This document shows positions 12,824-26,347 of a stretch of 64,000 nt of DNA, in pieces (the first letter of the stretch is position 1; every line of letters begins with the position of its first letter). The notes beneath the pieces are model-generated. The model had not been told where the DNA came from, made no database searches, and was given only the letters and a program-made list of their open reading frames with translations. The stretch is from Geosiphon pyriformis uo1. Lineage: Eukaryota > Fungi > Glomeromycota. The translations under genes and the position numbers were made by a program. The stretch is taken from NCBI GenBank assembly GCA_016748015.1, contig JAAOMT010000076.1:331574-395573 (forward strand), written 5' to 3'.

Positions 12824-13377
12824 CTACCAAAGCCTCTTATATTATCTAGCATAAAATCAGATTAATTTTACTTGAACTAGTGATCAACTACAAGCCACCC
12901 AATAACAGAGGAAATAAAAACTTCAATATCAGCTCCTTCAACAATGGTGGTTTGATGAGCTCCCAAAAAACCGGCCGAGAATTGGAGTTTCTTATCAAGA
13001 TCGGTATCAAATGAAACATTTACCATACCATCAGGTATTTCCTCAGTGACAATGTTATTATAGAATATTTTATCATCACTTTTTTCATATGGGAAAAAGA
13101 TTGCAATCCAGCCATCCCACGATGCCGGTGTTCCTGATCCACCACCACGTTTCATTAAGACCTTGCTCCAAAATTTCTCGTTAATATCACCACGGTACGT
13201 CTCAACGAGCTGCTAAACTACCGGTTCCAACCTATCTAACCAAAAATCCATGTCGAGGGAAAGCTCACGAAGTTTGACCACTTTTTTTTTAAGGTTTTCC
13301 CAATCTTCGAGAGTTCCCTCAAGAGTGACTTTAGGAATCCCACAACGAGTCCACACACGATACTTGAAATATTTTTT
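12824..13377 (-). pseudogene. Inverted, 5'-truncated near-identical duplicate of DUF4419 copy 1
   Basis: Reverse complement matches 810-1380 closely (KKYFKYRVWTRCGIPKVTLEGTLEDW...VIGWLVVDH*). It includes the 3' UTR block TTTATGCTAGATAATATAAGAGGCTTTGGTAG. There is an in-frame TGG>TAG at 13213-13215 and no N-terminal half. Confidence 0.92.
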
Positions 13378-13695
13378 ATTATTGTCATGTTTTTTGACTT
13401 ATCTCAAAAAGGCAAAGCCTAGGATTAAAATCTCTTAATTACAATTAGTAAACAATGAAGATCAAAAGATACTATTCTTATATTTTAGAAATAAGAACTT
13501 TTCGAATGTTTTGAAAGATCATACATGTTGCATATGAACGGCATCCGTTTTTGCAAAGAGGCAGCCCCATGAACTGCATTACTATTGTCGTTAATTGATT
13601 ACATAAATTTTTGCATGACTCAGGACGTGAAAAGGCTGAAGAAGTTTTCCTGTAGGACATTTTTGAACATGCATTTGGGCGTTTACTTTGTAATC

Positions 13696-13737
13696 TAGAT
13701 CATCCTAAATATTAGATCATCCTAAATATTAGATCAT
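13696..13737. repeat. 17-bp tandem repeat x2.5
   Basis: TAGATCATCCTAAATAT TAGATCATCCTAAATAT TAGATCAT. Confidence 0.9.
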
Positions 13738-14866
13738 TTTGGAGGCTTAATAATGGATTGGAATTGCGCATAAATGAAACATAGTTAGAACAAATTTTTT
13801 TTAGACCTGATTGATTTCTTATTTTAGAAATCTACGCAATCAAAAGAAAGTTTAAAATCATTATTTACATACACATGATTCTTGGAATATTGAGATTTGA
13901 AAGATTTGAGAGATTTGAGGAAAAAATTATTGATTGAAAGTATAATTTTGAACGGCCAAAAGGCCGCTAAGAAGAATTAAAGATCATAGAGTACATGATA
14001 TGGACAGTCATGGTATTGTAGAGACTTTTTATTTCATGGATTAACCAAAAAGATCATTAAAATGTGCCGATATCTGCGAGATTAATAATTCGGATCTTCC
14101 GATGTTTGATGGTGAAACCTGCAATAAGTCCCTGCACGACAACCTTTTGACATGTGTTTCCCAAGAAAATTGACATAAAAAATTTTGGGCCGTTTTAAGC
14201 CTATAATTTTTTTAAAGTAAAATTTGCTCATGGCGAAATATGAGTAAAAATAGCAAATATTTTGAATTGTTGTGCAAACAAAAGACGACAATACTTTTAA
14301 TTTGTTTAGAGAACAATGCTCCATTAAAACTTCTACTTGTGAAAAATTTTACAGTATCCGTTTTATTAATGAAATTTGTAACCTTATCCTTTCTTTTTTT
14401 CGTAATTTGTTTTTTTAAAAGAAAAGTTTCCATATTTTTTTTTTCATTGTTGAAAAAAAAAAGAATAGACGATCATGATATAACCAAATCGTGAGGAAAT
14501 TTAAAAAACAAATTGACAAAACAAATTCAATTTTAATTTTAATTTCAAATTTACTGAAAATAATAAGCAAATAACTGAAATCTTGATACTATTTGCTAAC
14601 TTTTATAGTAATAATATTTTTAACACTTTTAATTTTTAATTCGCGCTTAAATTGTTGACGCATAAGTATTTTTAAAAAGTGTGTTTAATTTTCTAAAACC
14701 TTAAATATTATTACTTAATTTTAATTTAAATTAAAGGTTTGAACAAAGTAAACCTGAAAATTAGAATTAATTTTTTTTTATTTTTCTAATAACCAGAGTT
14801 TTGGATTATTGATTTTTGAGATTTCATAAAAAAAAAACAAATAAAACTTTATTTATAATGACCAAA

Positions 14867-14869
<3 letters not shown>

Positions 14870-14917
<48 letters not shown>
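14870..14917. repeat. (TAT)n microsatellite
   Basis: Seen directly. Confidence 0.95.
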
Positions 14918-15246
14918 CAAAAAATGCAAAGTTTGATACATTTAATCGGGTTAAATTTAATAAAAAAAACTTTTTTGTTTTAATTTGAATAAAAAATAAT
15001 TTCATTTTTTTAATCGTAAACACGTTAAATTAGTGAACAATCTAAAAATTCTTAATAAAAATGAATTAAAATTTTTTCTTTTCTTGAATCATATGAGGGA
15101 ATATATTCGGGAATCGTAAAAGTAATTCGTTTGAATACTGTTCTAGATATTTTTAATTCCAAGAATTTTTTTCATAAAATTTAGCCACATCCCAAAACCC
15201 CTTTTTTACTGCAGCTGATTTGCCAACGCTTTAAAATCACAAATAT

Positions 15247-15247
<1 letters not shown>

Positions 15248-15286
<39 letters not shown>
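15248..15286. repeat. Poly(A) tract (39 nt)
   Basis: Seen directly. A (TAAC)n run lies at ~15646-15671 and another A tract at ~16110-16132. Confidence 0.95.
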
Positions 15287-15291
<5 letters not shown>

Positions 15292-16603
15292 AACAATACC
15301 CCTTTGGGGATTTTTATTCCAAGGAATTTCCTCAAACAATCTATTAAATCATATTTGCATCTCAAGAAATTTTTTAGGGAGATTCTTGCTGCTTTTTGCT
15401 CATAAAGAGACCCAACCCTAAAGAATATTTAATCTGAACTTTAAATCTTGTCATTGTTTGAGACATTTAATCCACTCAAAGTTTAGTGGTACTGAAATTG
15501 TGATAACCAAAGAAAATGAATTCAAGGCAAGGAAATTTTCACTTTGGATAACTCGTATAAAACGGAATTTCCTCTTCCTTTGTTATATTTTTCCTAAAAG
15601 CAATTTAAATAACAACGTCATCGATAAAAGCTATCTACTAACTAATTAACTAACTAACTAACTAACTAACTTACTTGTTTGTTATGCATGACACCACTGT
15701 TCTACACTTGGAAATACTAAAAATATCAATATGACGAAATTCTATGATCCAACATGCAAATTTTTATTGTGAAATATATTAGCGAACCAAGAAACTGAAC
15801 ACAATGTAAAAGATGATCAAGGTGTAGCCAAACTTTAATATACTGGAATCAAACGAGGATATTTTTCACAAAAACGTCATAAAAAAGTTTTCGAATATAA
15901 ATAATAGGTTACGCATCGCATTAAACTTTCTGTAACTTGGTGTGACATTCATCTTTAGATAATCCAGCGTTTTTATAGGACGCAAGAAGATGATCCCTTT
16001 GAAATTCAATTTAACACAACTTTTGTCTTCAGTTACAACCCGTGTACCTGTCACAAATACGTCATAGATATATTTCACATTTACTATTTACCTTTTTTTT
16101 TATTCGAGGAAAAAAAAAAAAAAAAAAAAAAAGAAAATTTTGAGTTTGTAAGTTTCAAAGTAAATAAAATAAAACTTTTTTAAACTTTCATGTCGTACAA
16201 GATGATCAGTATACAGGCGAAAAAAAATAATAATTTCAGTTTAACAAGAGTCGTGGGATAATTAAATTTAATAGTCACAATCATAACTTTTCGTTCAAGA
16301 TTTTACTGGGCTCTCAATATAAACACGTGTTTCTATATAACTGAAAGGAATTGGGAAAATATTCAAATTTATCCAAAGGAATTGGAGCTAGCCGATTTTA
16401 TTGGTGTTCACTTTTATTGTTTGCATTATTTGATGACGTCATAATTTTTTGAAAAATAATCGGTTCTTTGGAAATTCCTATAAAAATGGACCAAATTCCC
16501 GAGACTGAAAACTAGTGACTCCAAAGCATTCACTCTTCTCGTAGGGGGTTCAATAACACTTTCTTTACTATTGATTATTTTCATCCTTGATGACCAATTG
16601 ACC

Positions 16604-17603
16604 ATGAACACCAAGCGAAATCATATAACGACTGCTTGCAATCATTGCCGAAGGCGTAAGGCTCGATGCCTCGGCAAACCTATATGTCAAAGATGTGTCA
16701 AATTTGGTCTTTCATGCGTCTTTATCCAACCAACTAGAAAACGAGGTCCACCAAAAACTACTGGCATTTGCCAAAAACAAACAAAATATTTTCAAAATGA
16801 GTCAATTTACACCTTACCCAGTAGCCTACAAATCGCGTCTAACCTCGGAGAACCCCTTTGTAATCCTTCTTTATCCATAAAATGGCCTTTTTCAAATAAT
16901 CGTCTTCGCTCCACCTTTCCTTTTCCTTCAGGAAATATTCCACTGAATTCATCCTGCCTTCGGAATTTTGGAGGAAATGTTTCAAAATTGCAATCGAATG
17001 TCCAAATGACTAAAGCTTTCCATGAAAAAGGTAATATTTCTGGTATTTTTAAGTTCTAATTGGTATTTCCTATTAACTAAAATCTGTCCTCTTTCATTGT
17101 CAGGTGGAGATCTTAATGGTTGTTATAAATCAATTGATTCTGATAATTTCTTTGTGAAATTTCAAAACTCGCAAGAACTCGATATGAATGCCTGGGATTG
17201 GTTCTTGCAACCCCGACCAACTGCTCTTAAAACCGAGAATTTTTTCGACGATTCGAAAAAATCCTTGGATTCCGATTTCAGCGAATCTTTTTATTCTACT
17301 GAAAGTGAATCTCCAGCATCCAGTCAAGAAATGCTTTCACCAACAACTTTTCAATTACCAAATCTTGATCAAATTCGTGCATCTAGCCAATTGATTACAG
17401 ATAAAAGTGATACATTTCCTCGGCTTGCTAAGCCAAAAATTGAATTGGAAAACCAAATCTTCCCTTCAACTATAAATAATAATTTGGGTAATGATACAAC
17501 CTTTTATCATCCGTATCATATCCAGTCCTTGCCATCATCACCTAGCTCAAATTTGCTGCCTTTCTATTATTCTGCAGCCACCGATATGACATTTCGGCAA
17601 TAA
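16604..17603 (+). CDS. Zn(II)2Cys6 (GAL4-type) transcription factor, 2 exons (16604-17030, 17104-17603; ~308 aa)
   Basis: ACNHCRRRKARCLGKPICQRCVKFGLSCVF....RKRGP fits C-x2-C-x6-C-x5-C-x2-C-x6-C. A phase-1 GT-AG intron at 17031-17103 joins the two listed ORFs in frame. The C-terminus is Ser/Pro/acidic. Confidence 0.9.
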
Positions 17604-20600
17604 TTCAAAAGTTTTCCAATTCAAAAACTCTGCATCAACCAATTCTTCTGAATTTAAATCTCTTGAAATTTTTTTAGCTCATCGATTAATTACTCTTTTT
17701 GTTTTAAAAAATTTTTAGTCTGCTTCCTTTTCTTATTTTCGTTACCTTCGTTTCGATGATTTTTAATCATCAAGATTTCATCTTTTTTGGCTATTTTGAA
17801 ATTTTTTTCGATTCTTCTTCATGCTATTAGCGAGGTTTTATTGTTTAAAAACATTATGACAAGGGTACCCTTTTCATCTATGCCAATATTTCTATTTATT
17901 TTTATGCTTTCACACTTTGAAATACATTTTTCAAAATCTTATTATTGTTGTTGTTTCATTCTTAGGTTTTTTTACGAGATTTATTAAATTTTAACTTTCT
18001 TCTGATATATAACCCTATTAATTCTTTTGTGTTTAAATTTACTCGTCGTTAAACACCCATTGATTCTATATTCGATCTTGTGTGTTTTCGTCATTCTATG
18101 CCTTTATATGTTTAATTTTTTAAATTTTATAAGAAAAAAAGCGGGATTTCAATTGTGATTGGCCCTCAAAATTGTAAATCTTGCCATAAAACTAAAAAAA
18201 TTTTAAAATTGATAAAAAACAATTGTAAAAAATCAGTTTTTGAATATTACAGTTTCATAATAAATTCAAAATATCGAGATTTGGTAAATAACAGGGTAAA
18301 TAACCCAAATTATACATGATATCATGTTTCTCATGATCTAATGATTTTCATTCTTTTAAGTGCTCCGTAGATTAAAATACCTTTTCTCTTTGTTTCACAC
18401 TGTCTTTCGTTACCCATTCTGAATAGAAAGGTTCATGATTGAGGGTTATATTTGGCGTCAAAGTTTCTTTTTTGGGTTTTGTAAAACTAACGTGGAACCT
18501 AATTCATGAAAGAAATTTTAATTTTCCTATTCTTGGCAATAATCTTTTTAATTTAGGTTAGGAACATACCTATGAGTGCGAAGTTGGATTTCCTTGGTAA
18601 ACTATCTCGATCATCTAAAATCAAGATTTTATCAAGAACAAAAAAAAAAGGGGGATCCAGCATCTTTTTATTCTTTTTTTTGCTTAAGTCGCTAACATAG
18701 GCTGCACAAAATTTTATAAATCCCAGGATTGCTTTTTAAAAGGATTCCGAAGTCATGATTTGTTACAGTGAGATGATTATATCAACTTTAGACTCTTACA
18801 CCTGAATCTATGATTTTTGCTATCTCAAATGATTCTTGCATATAATCTATTTGATAATCGGCTCAAAATAGTGTAATTTTTGCTTAGACATACTTCTCAC
18901 GCTAAAACAAAACTATTTGATCTAAGCTTTTGTGATTTCATTTTCTAAACCTTTCATCTCGTAAGCCAAAGAGAGCAATTATTTTTTGGTGAAACTTTGG
19001 GAAAGATGAGATAGGGACCAAGAATGAAACTTCTCATATTCGAGGAAGTTTACCTTATTATTTGGATAATATTAATTTTAGAACAGAGAATGAGTTGAAA
19101 CATAAAAAAAACGATCAATCGCAATTACTCGTCAAAGATTCGACTTTTGATTAAAATTACCTTCTTGAATTCGATTCTAATCGCTACGTAAAGCCAATAA
19201 TATTATGATAATATCGAGGATTCTTAGAGTGATTTTTTTTTCAAATATCCAAAGCCTTGTGCTGCGTGTGTGACTTTGAATAATTAGGGAGAATATTTGA
19301 TGAGGCAGGGAGATTTTTATTTGAATTTTGATAATAATAGAAATTAACAGTATAAAAATATGGCATGAGGAATACTTTAAAAAAAATTATTGAAAAACTT
19401 ACTCATTAACACAGGGCACTCGAAAATTATAATGAGAGGGACTAAAAAAAATTGGAAGTTAACTTTTTAAATATCAATAGTTTTTCTAAACCCAAGTCAC
19501 AATATCAAACATGCCTTTAAAAATGGTAATCTGTTCTACTCCTCCTCAAACTCAATTGCTAATATGAAGGTTGAGAAACCTAAATATTGAGACGAGTAGT
19601 TAATATTTTATTGAAAGTAAAAATATTTCATATAAGAGATAAATTAAATATTCAATGTTACCAATATACTATTTTGATAAACTCCAATTGCAAATATTCC
19701 AAATACGATAACAGGACATTAAATCTGCAAAATGTAATTTTTTTTTACTCTTTTTATTACTGCTTCTGTCTGATCGGTTAACCCAATCTCGACATAAAAT
19801 AGAAGGATCGTATTGGCCTTCGGGATTATTCTTATGTGCCTTAATTAATCAGTACAATTATTTATACAATATCTTTGGATAAGTTCATACAGGATAATAC
19901 AAAATCATAATCATTAATGAGAAAGACACATTAGGATAAATAAAGATAATTTTTAAAATGGTAATCATCCTATAAATTGCGAAATATTAAACTTTAAAAA
20001 TATATCTATCTATTTCAAAGATAAAACTGCAAATGAGAGTGATATTTTATCCAATAGGAACAATAGCCATATTTGAAGGAGATATAGCTGAAGTTTTTTA
20101 AAATCAGTCACTGAGTTTGTGATTCGGATACATTTTGTCTACCATAGCATTTGATAATATATCTCGAATCATAATTATTTTATTAAAATTAATAGACATC
20201 AAAAAAGTTTCTTTTCACTGCTTTAAGTAAATATCAAATTGACAATGTCACAATTCTAAATAAAGTTCGGGAATTTTTTTTATATTCAAGGATTTTTCAG
20301 ACTCTAATATATATAAAAATCTTCGTTTAGATAATATGAAATGCAATTTTTATATATAGATTAAAGATGACACTGCAAATGGATGCAACCTGGTTTCTAT
20401 TAAAAGCCACAATTACCGTGACTCACAGAAGAAATAGAAAACCAGAGAAAAAACTTAAAATTTTCAAATTTTTTTTATTTAACAGTTGTATACAAAAAAA
20501 GGAGGTTTATCTTGATTGAATTATAGATTATTTAACAATAGTTCTAAAATAAATATAATTAATCTTTGTTTGGTATTACGTTTCTCTTGACTAAAAGATT

Positions 20601-23600
20601 GTGGGATTTGTGTGAAAAAATTAAATTCTTATTATTTAGGTCTGATGGAAAGCAATATTGTTGGAAAAACCTGATAAACACCTTCAACAGGTTAACATAT
20701 TATGTCAGTAGTCAAATTATGGTTGAATAATGAATTTAATTGTTTAATAGCTAAAATTGATGAAAAATTGATGAAAAGATAATTGGAAAATATTATTGTC
20801 AATTTTTGGAAAATAATTTTTAGGCATACCTACATACTGCAATCTGAATAAATTTTTAATATTATAAGAATTAAAATGTAGTCAAAAGACCAAAGACTAG
20901 CTACACAAAAATATCATAAATGTATCTGATTAGCTACATAGTCTTTCGATTGAATCCAATAAAGTCTTTCTGGAACAAAATTAAAAGACATACTAGATTC
21001 CCCAATGTAATCAGAATCAAGAGTGAATATAGAAAATGATAAAAAAACTTTTATAGCTATTAAATTTTAATTAAGGTTGAAATGTATTTCAAATTTTCCC
21101 TGTAAAATTGATGAAACAAAAGATATAATTATCAAAAATAAGTATATTTATCTAATTTTTAATTCTTATACAAAAATTAATTTTATTTTTTTGTATTTGC
21201 TTCCTTTCCTGAGCTACGTGTCACATTAAAAATGCTGTCTAGATTCCAAATTGAATTTCTTAAAATCAAAATTGATTATTTAATTTGATTTCAAAGGGTT
21301 TTTGCTTGATTGCTTTCAAAACTTTTTAATAAAAAGCGTCAAGTTTGAGTACAATTAAATTAATATTTGAACATCCGATTTAATAAAAATGAGATTAATA
21401 TTCAATGTTTTTATTTTCAAATTTTTCCACCGTTTATAGCCTATTTAGCGAATTTGGTGAAATATGAAATGTAATTACTGGAAGTAACAACTTGCTGTAA
21501 TAGTAATTTTTTGTGTTTCAGAAAGTTTTGATTGTTCGAATTAAGAGAGAAGCAAAAATTTATAAATTTATCTATATTTAATATTTTGCTTGTCTTTAAA
21601 TCTTTATTAATACTTTTAAAATTGTTTTTTGTGAAATAGTTTTTTTTAAAGTCCTAATTTTTAAGTGTCTTCAAATTAAACCGAATAAAATTTGTTTACT
21701 ATTATTAAGCAAACTGGTAGATTGTGCCTCTAATATTCAGTATCAGTATTTACCAATAAAGATTTAAAATATTTTTCATACTTAAAATTTTTTTAAAAAC
21801 AAAAAACTAAATTCCAAAAATTATTATTATTATTTTCACAAGTTTAACAAAATATAGTTAATTAAAAAACTTTTTCAAATTTTCAATTGCATTTCAATTT
21901 GATTTTTAGCTATTTATCAATTATCAACTTAATTAGACATTTACTATGAGGTTTCCAAGAAATTTAAAAGTTTTAGCAATCAAACTTACTGATAAATCAA
22001 TTTTAATTAAAAACAAACATTTCATTACTTAGAAAAACTTTACCACTATTTTTTGGTTTTAAAGTATTTTCGAAAAATTTAAAGCTATTTTTCGAGATAC
22101 TGATAAAGTTTAAACTTTTTTCAATAAATGAAATACCTTACATTTAAACTTTAAATATTAATATATTAAATTATTTCAAAATGAATTTTAAAATATTGGC
22201 GAAAATTTATTATTGGCAATAAAAAATATAACATGTTTAATTAAAATTACTTTTCAAATTTTTTGTTATAATAATCAACTTTTAAACAAAAGCAACAAAT
22301 GTTTTTATTCAATTTCATTTTACTTTTTTATTTTCTATTTTAAAAATTGTATATTTTTTATTAAAATATTATGTAAATTTATAAGCTTTTAAAAAACAAA
22401 AAGTTTTTAAATTTTGAAACAAAATTAAAAATTAAGAATAAAGAAATATTTTAATATATTATAATTTACGATTGCGATATTAATTGATACTAAAATATTT
22501 GTGCGTCAAATTAATAATTATGGTTTTATAAGAAATGGAGTTAATTTATAATATTTATTTTTAAGTATTTTGGCTATTTTACATATTATCTAATAAAAAT
22601 TGTCGATTCTGAATCTGATTTTATTTCTATAACTATTTTTTTTTCAATTAGAAACTTTTATAATGAAATTTGCTTTGTAATACAATCTTAACCTAAAAAT
22701 AATTTATTGATAAAACTCAAATTTAAATTATTAGTATTTTGTTAAAGAATCAATTGATGTTTAGCTTACAAATTTTTCCAAGTATTAATTTTATAAATTT
22801 AAAACACAAATCTGATTTATTTTCCAAATATTATAAATATTAGTTTAAAGAAAAATAAAGCTTAAATAAACAATTAAAAACATTAGTAAATCCCAAATTA
22901 CTGCAATTATAAATTTTTTACTCGCTCTTATAATTATAATATTATTAATCATTAATTTTATAAATTTTTAAAACTTTACTTGCCAAATTCCATCTTAATT
23001 ATAAATTTTTTATTAACATTACACATTTTTTGACTAAAAATAAAAAAAACTATTGTTGAAAAACTTCAAATTTAATCTTACAGCAATTAATGATAACATT
23101 GTTTTTGATTGTGATTTACAATTTTTGTTCTCAATTTTCCAGATTATTTACATTTTTTTTATTTACAAATTATATTCAAACAAAGCAATTAATTAAATTT
23201 TGAAACAATGTTTATGATTTTAAATTTTTTTTTTACATATAATTAAATTTAAATATATTAACTCGATAAACATTTTCATTAAAAAAAAGCACTATTTCTT
23301 GCATACTATATTTATTATTTGATTTCATGAATAAATATTTTTAAATCATAATATATTATAATATTTGTTTATTCTTAATTCTTAGTTCAAACTTTGTTTG
23401 TTTCTAATTTGAAAACATTTTTATTTCTAATATAATATTATAATTATGTGATATTTTTGACTTAAAATAATAAAAATTTTAAGATTTTAAAAACATTTAT
23501 TGTTATTCTTTAATTAAAATTTCCATTACTATAAATATATGTAAAATAAACAAAATCAAACTGATAATTGCCTTTTGCCAGCTTAAATATTTTCTTTTAT

Positions 23601-24682
23601 ATCAATTGATGATTGATTAATTTTTTCATTTAGGAAATTCGTATTAAAATGATAAGAAAAGAGTTTTTGGCAAAGGTAACAATGTCTGTAGCCAAAAAGC
23701 TTAATTTAAAGATACATGACGGAATACACATTAATTAAAAATGTTAGTTTTTTATAGTTTAATGAAAATAACTTTAATGTGATATATATATATATATATG
23801 TATATATATTGAAACTCTTAATTTTATTGAATATTTGTAAAATTAAAAATATGATTTGAAAAATTTAGGCTGACTTTGATATACTACTTTCTGGGAATTG
23901 ATTTTTTCATTTAAAGGCTTTTTTTTTAAAATTTGCAAATTCTTTAATGAAATTGAGCTTCGGTAAAAATCTTAAATGATAAATCAAAAATATTTATCCA
24001 TAAATTTAGCTTAAATGATAAACCAAAAATATTTATTTATAAATTTAAAAAAAATAAAACGGAATAACAAAAAAGCAAGGACTCTCTGTTTATCCTATAT
24101 GTATATCATAGTTTAGAAGTCCATTGGATTTCGATTGATACTCTTTTTCACCAGCATAATTCACTTACACAACATACAATAAAGAAATTGGATGCACATG
24201 CGGTTTGGCCACTTATGAGTATGTGAAGGGGATGCCAAAATATATTTCAGGTAGGTTACATAATCAATTGTGAATATTTCAATAGTAGTTTGAAAACTAT
24301 TGGTGGAAAATTCAAGTCTTTTTGTTTTATGTGGTGTTTTATAAAATAAAAATTAGACTGCACGACAGCTTAAAATAAATAAAAAAAGATTCAATCAATA
24401 CCTTTCTTCGCCAGCTTTTATGCGGCAGATAGTAATTTATCCATTATTAATTAAAACGTTTTTAAACTTTAAGAAAAATGCCAGTGTTACAAAGTGTTTA
24501 TGGAAATTAGATTTTAAAATTACTCTTCTATAAAAAAATCTAGAAATTAAAATTTTATTTACTGCAGGTTTTTCAAAACATTCTTTAAAAGTTTATTGTG
24601 TGTTAAAATAATATAAATGGTAAAAAAGGGTAATCTAAATTTAATGAAAAAAAATATGAAATAGTAATGAAAAGGGTGTTTT

Positions 24683-26347
24683 TTAAACTAAAACAGTTCT
24701 TCTAATTGGTACTTGTTTGAGAAACAAACTAAAAACTACTGCAGAAAGAGCTACTATCGTTAATACATGAGTTACCATACTTAATGATTGAACGTAAGCA
24801 TGTATAACATCTGCTTGTATATCAAAAGGTAATGATTTCATATAGTCAATTGAGTTCATCACCTCACTCAGTTTGATATTGGGAGGTAAAATTTCCAATA
24901 AATACTTTTGAAAAGAATTATTAAAAATTGAACTTAAAATGGCAATTCCAAAAATTCCCCCAATTAACCGGAAAAAGCCGACAAGTGAGGTGACCAAAGC
25001 ATGATCGATATGATCCACCGACGATTGTGCAGAGAGAACCGAGATTTCCATTGAACAACCAAAACCGGCACCAACAATTAAAAGTGCACAAATTTCTTTT
25101 CCTCGTACTGTCGTCTCATTGAAAGTTGTGATTGATGCTGCACCAAGACTAACCATTAAAAAACCCATTGTGATCCATGGCTTAAATTTACCTCTTAAAG
25201 TGGTGGCAAAGCCCGAGGAAACCGAGAAAATCGCTAAACCACAAGCTAAAGGAACTAATTGAAAACCTGCTTCCATCACATTTTCACCTTTTACCACTTG
25301 AAAATAAAGTGGCAAAAAATACATGAATCCAAAAAAGGTAATTCCAATACAAAAACTTGACAAAAAAATAAGAAGTGAATTTCTTAATTTAAAAATGTGA
25401 ATTTTGATTAATGGCTCCTCGGCAACTTTTAATTCGATCAGGATAAACAATAAAAAAAACATTAAGCTAAAAATAAATAATGAAATAATTGTAAATGATG
25501 ACCAAGCGTAAAATATACCACCCCAATTCAATGGTAACAAGGTTGAAACAACTGCAGCAATAAAGACGAATGTTCCCAGGTAATCAATGGCCAGGAGTTT
25601 TTCTTTTAAAAAACCATAAACATGAGGAAGTCTTAAGAATTTTTTTACGATCAAGATAGCTGAAAGACCAATTGGAATGTTTAAATAGAAAACCCATCGC
25701 CATGACGCGTGATCCGTAATAGAACCACCAATCAGTGGACCAAGGATTGATGATAACGCATATGTAACAAGGGTGATTACTTGATATTTTCCATGTTCAT
25801 TTGATGGGACAATATCCGTGAGGATATCATTCACTAAAGATATTATCCCACCATTACCAATCCCAACTATAACTCGACTCAGAATGAATATGGGCATATT
25901 CATCGAAGCACTCGAGAAAATGGAGCCACATAAAAATGTTGAGACTGAAAATAAAAAAGTATCCTTTCTACCAAATATTTTTGAAAATTTTCTATAGAGT
26001 GGTTGTAAGACGGTGGAACTAAGTAAAAATGCCGTTCCTATCCAAGGAAAATATGATAATGCGTGAAAATCTGAGGCAATTTTCGTCAAGCAAATTGACA
26101 CAATTGCTTGATCTAGAGTGGTAAGGAAAAGTGCCAATGAAAGCCCAATTAATACCATGTTTCGTTTTCTATTTGTGACGAATATTTCTTGATTATTAAA
26201 ACTTTCAATGGAATGTTCATTTATAATAGGTGTCTCCTGATAATTTATTGAAGTTTGTTGAAAAGAAAAATAATTTACTAAATTATTTGATGATGAGCCT
26301 AATATTTCTCGTTCGTTCATATTAAGGTTGTTGGCATTAAAGGACAT
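24683..26347 (-). CDS. MFS drug:H+ antiporter, DHA2 (14-TMS) family (~554 aa, intronless)
   Basis: Motifs LFLTTLDQAIVS, WIGTAFLLSST..QPLY.KFSKIFGRK, LGPLIGG.ITDHASWRWVFYLNIPIG, DYLG and YFLPLYFQVVKG. First ATG is at 26347; the ORF track starts on a TTG. Confidence 0.93.
   Translation of the reverse strand: MSFNANNLNMNEREILGSSSNNLVNYFSFQQTSINYQETPIINEHSIESFNNQEIFVTNRKRNMVLIGLSLALFLTTLDQAIVSICLTKIASDFHALSYFPWIGTAFLLSSTVLQPLYRKFSKIFGRKDTFLFSVSTFLCGSIFSSASMNMPIFILSRVIVGIGNGGIISLVNDILTDIVPSNEHGKYQVITLVTYALSSILGPLIGGSITDHASWRWVFYLNIPIGLSAILIVKKFLRLPHVYGFLKEKLLAIDYLGTFVFIAAVVSTLLPLNWGGIFYAWSSFTIISLFIFSLMFFLLFILIELKVAEEPLIKIHIFKLRNSLLIFLSSFCIGITFFGFMYFLPLYFQVVKGENVMEAGFQLVPLACGLAIFSVSSGFATTLRGKFKPWITMGFLMVSLGAASITTFNETTVRGKEICALLIVGAGFGCSMEISVLSAQSSVDHIDHALVTSLVGFFRLIGGIFGIAILSSIFNNSFQKYLLEILPPNIKLSEVMNSIDYMKSLPFDIQADVIHAYVQSLSMVTHVLTIVALSAVVFSLFLKQVPIRRTVLV

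Noticed and set aside
13696-13737. Short direct repeats as a possible CRISPR array
   Set aside because: Head-to-tail units without spacers, a eukaryotic context and no cas genes.
14082-14170. CRAGTYCRFHH resembling part of a CCCH zinc finger
   Set aside because: The first Cys is missing, the ORF is short and there is no splice context; may be chance.
20030-21050. Exon-like AG..GT-bounded pieces (e.g. 20640-20690) suggesting a decayed gene
   Set aside because: Many stops, no recognisable motif and no consistent gene model.
21500-24260. AT-rich block as a specific transposon, plus an exon-like stretch at ~24160-24250
   Set aside because: Probably decayed repeat DNA, but I could not read any diagnostic motif.
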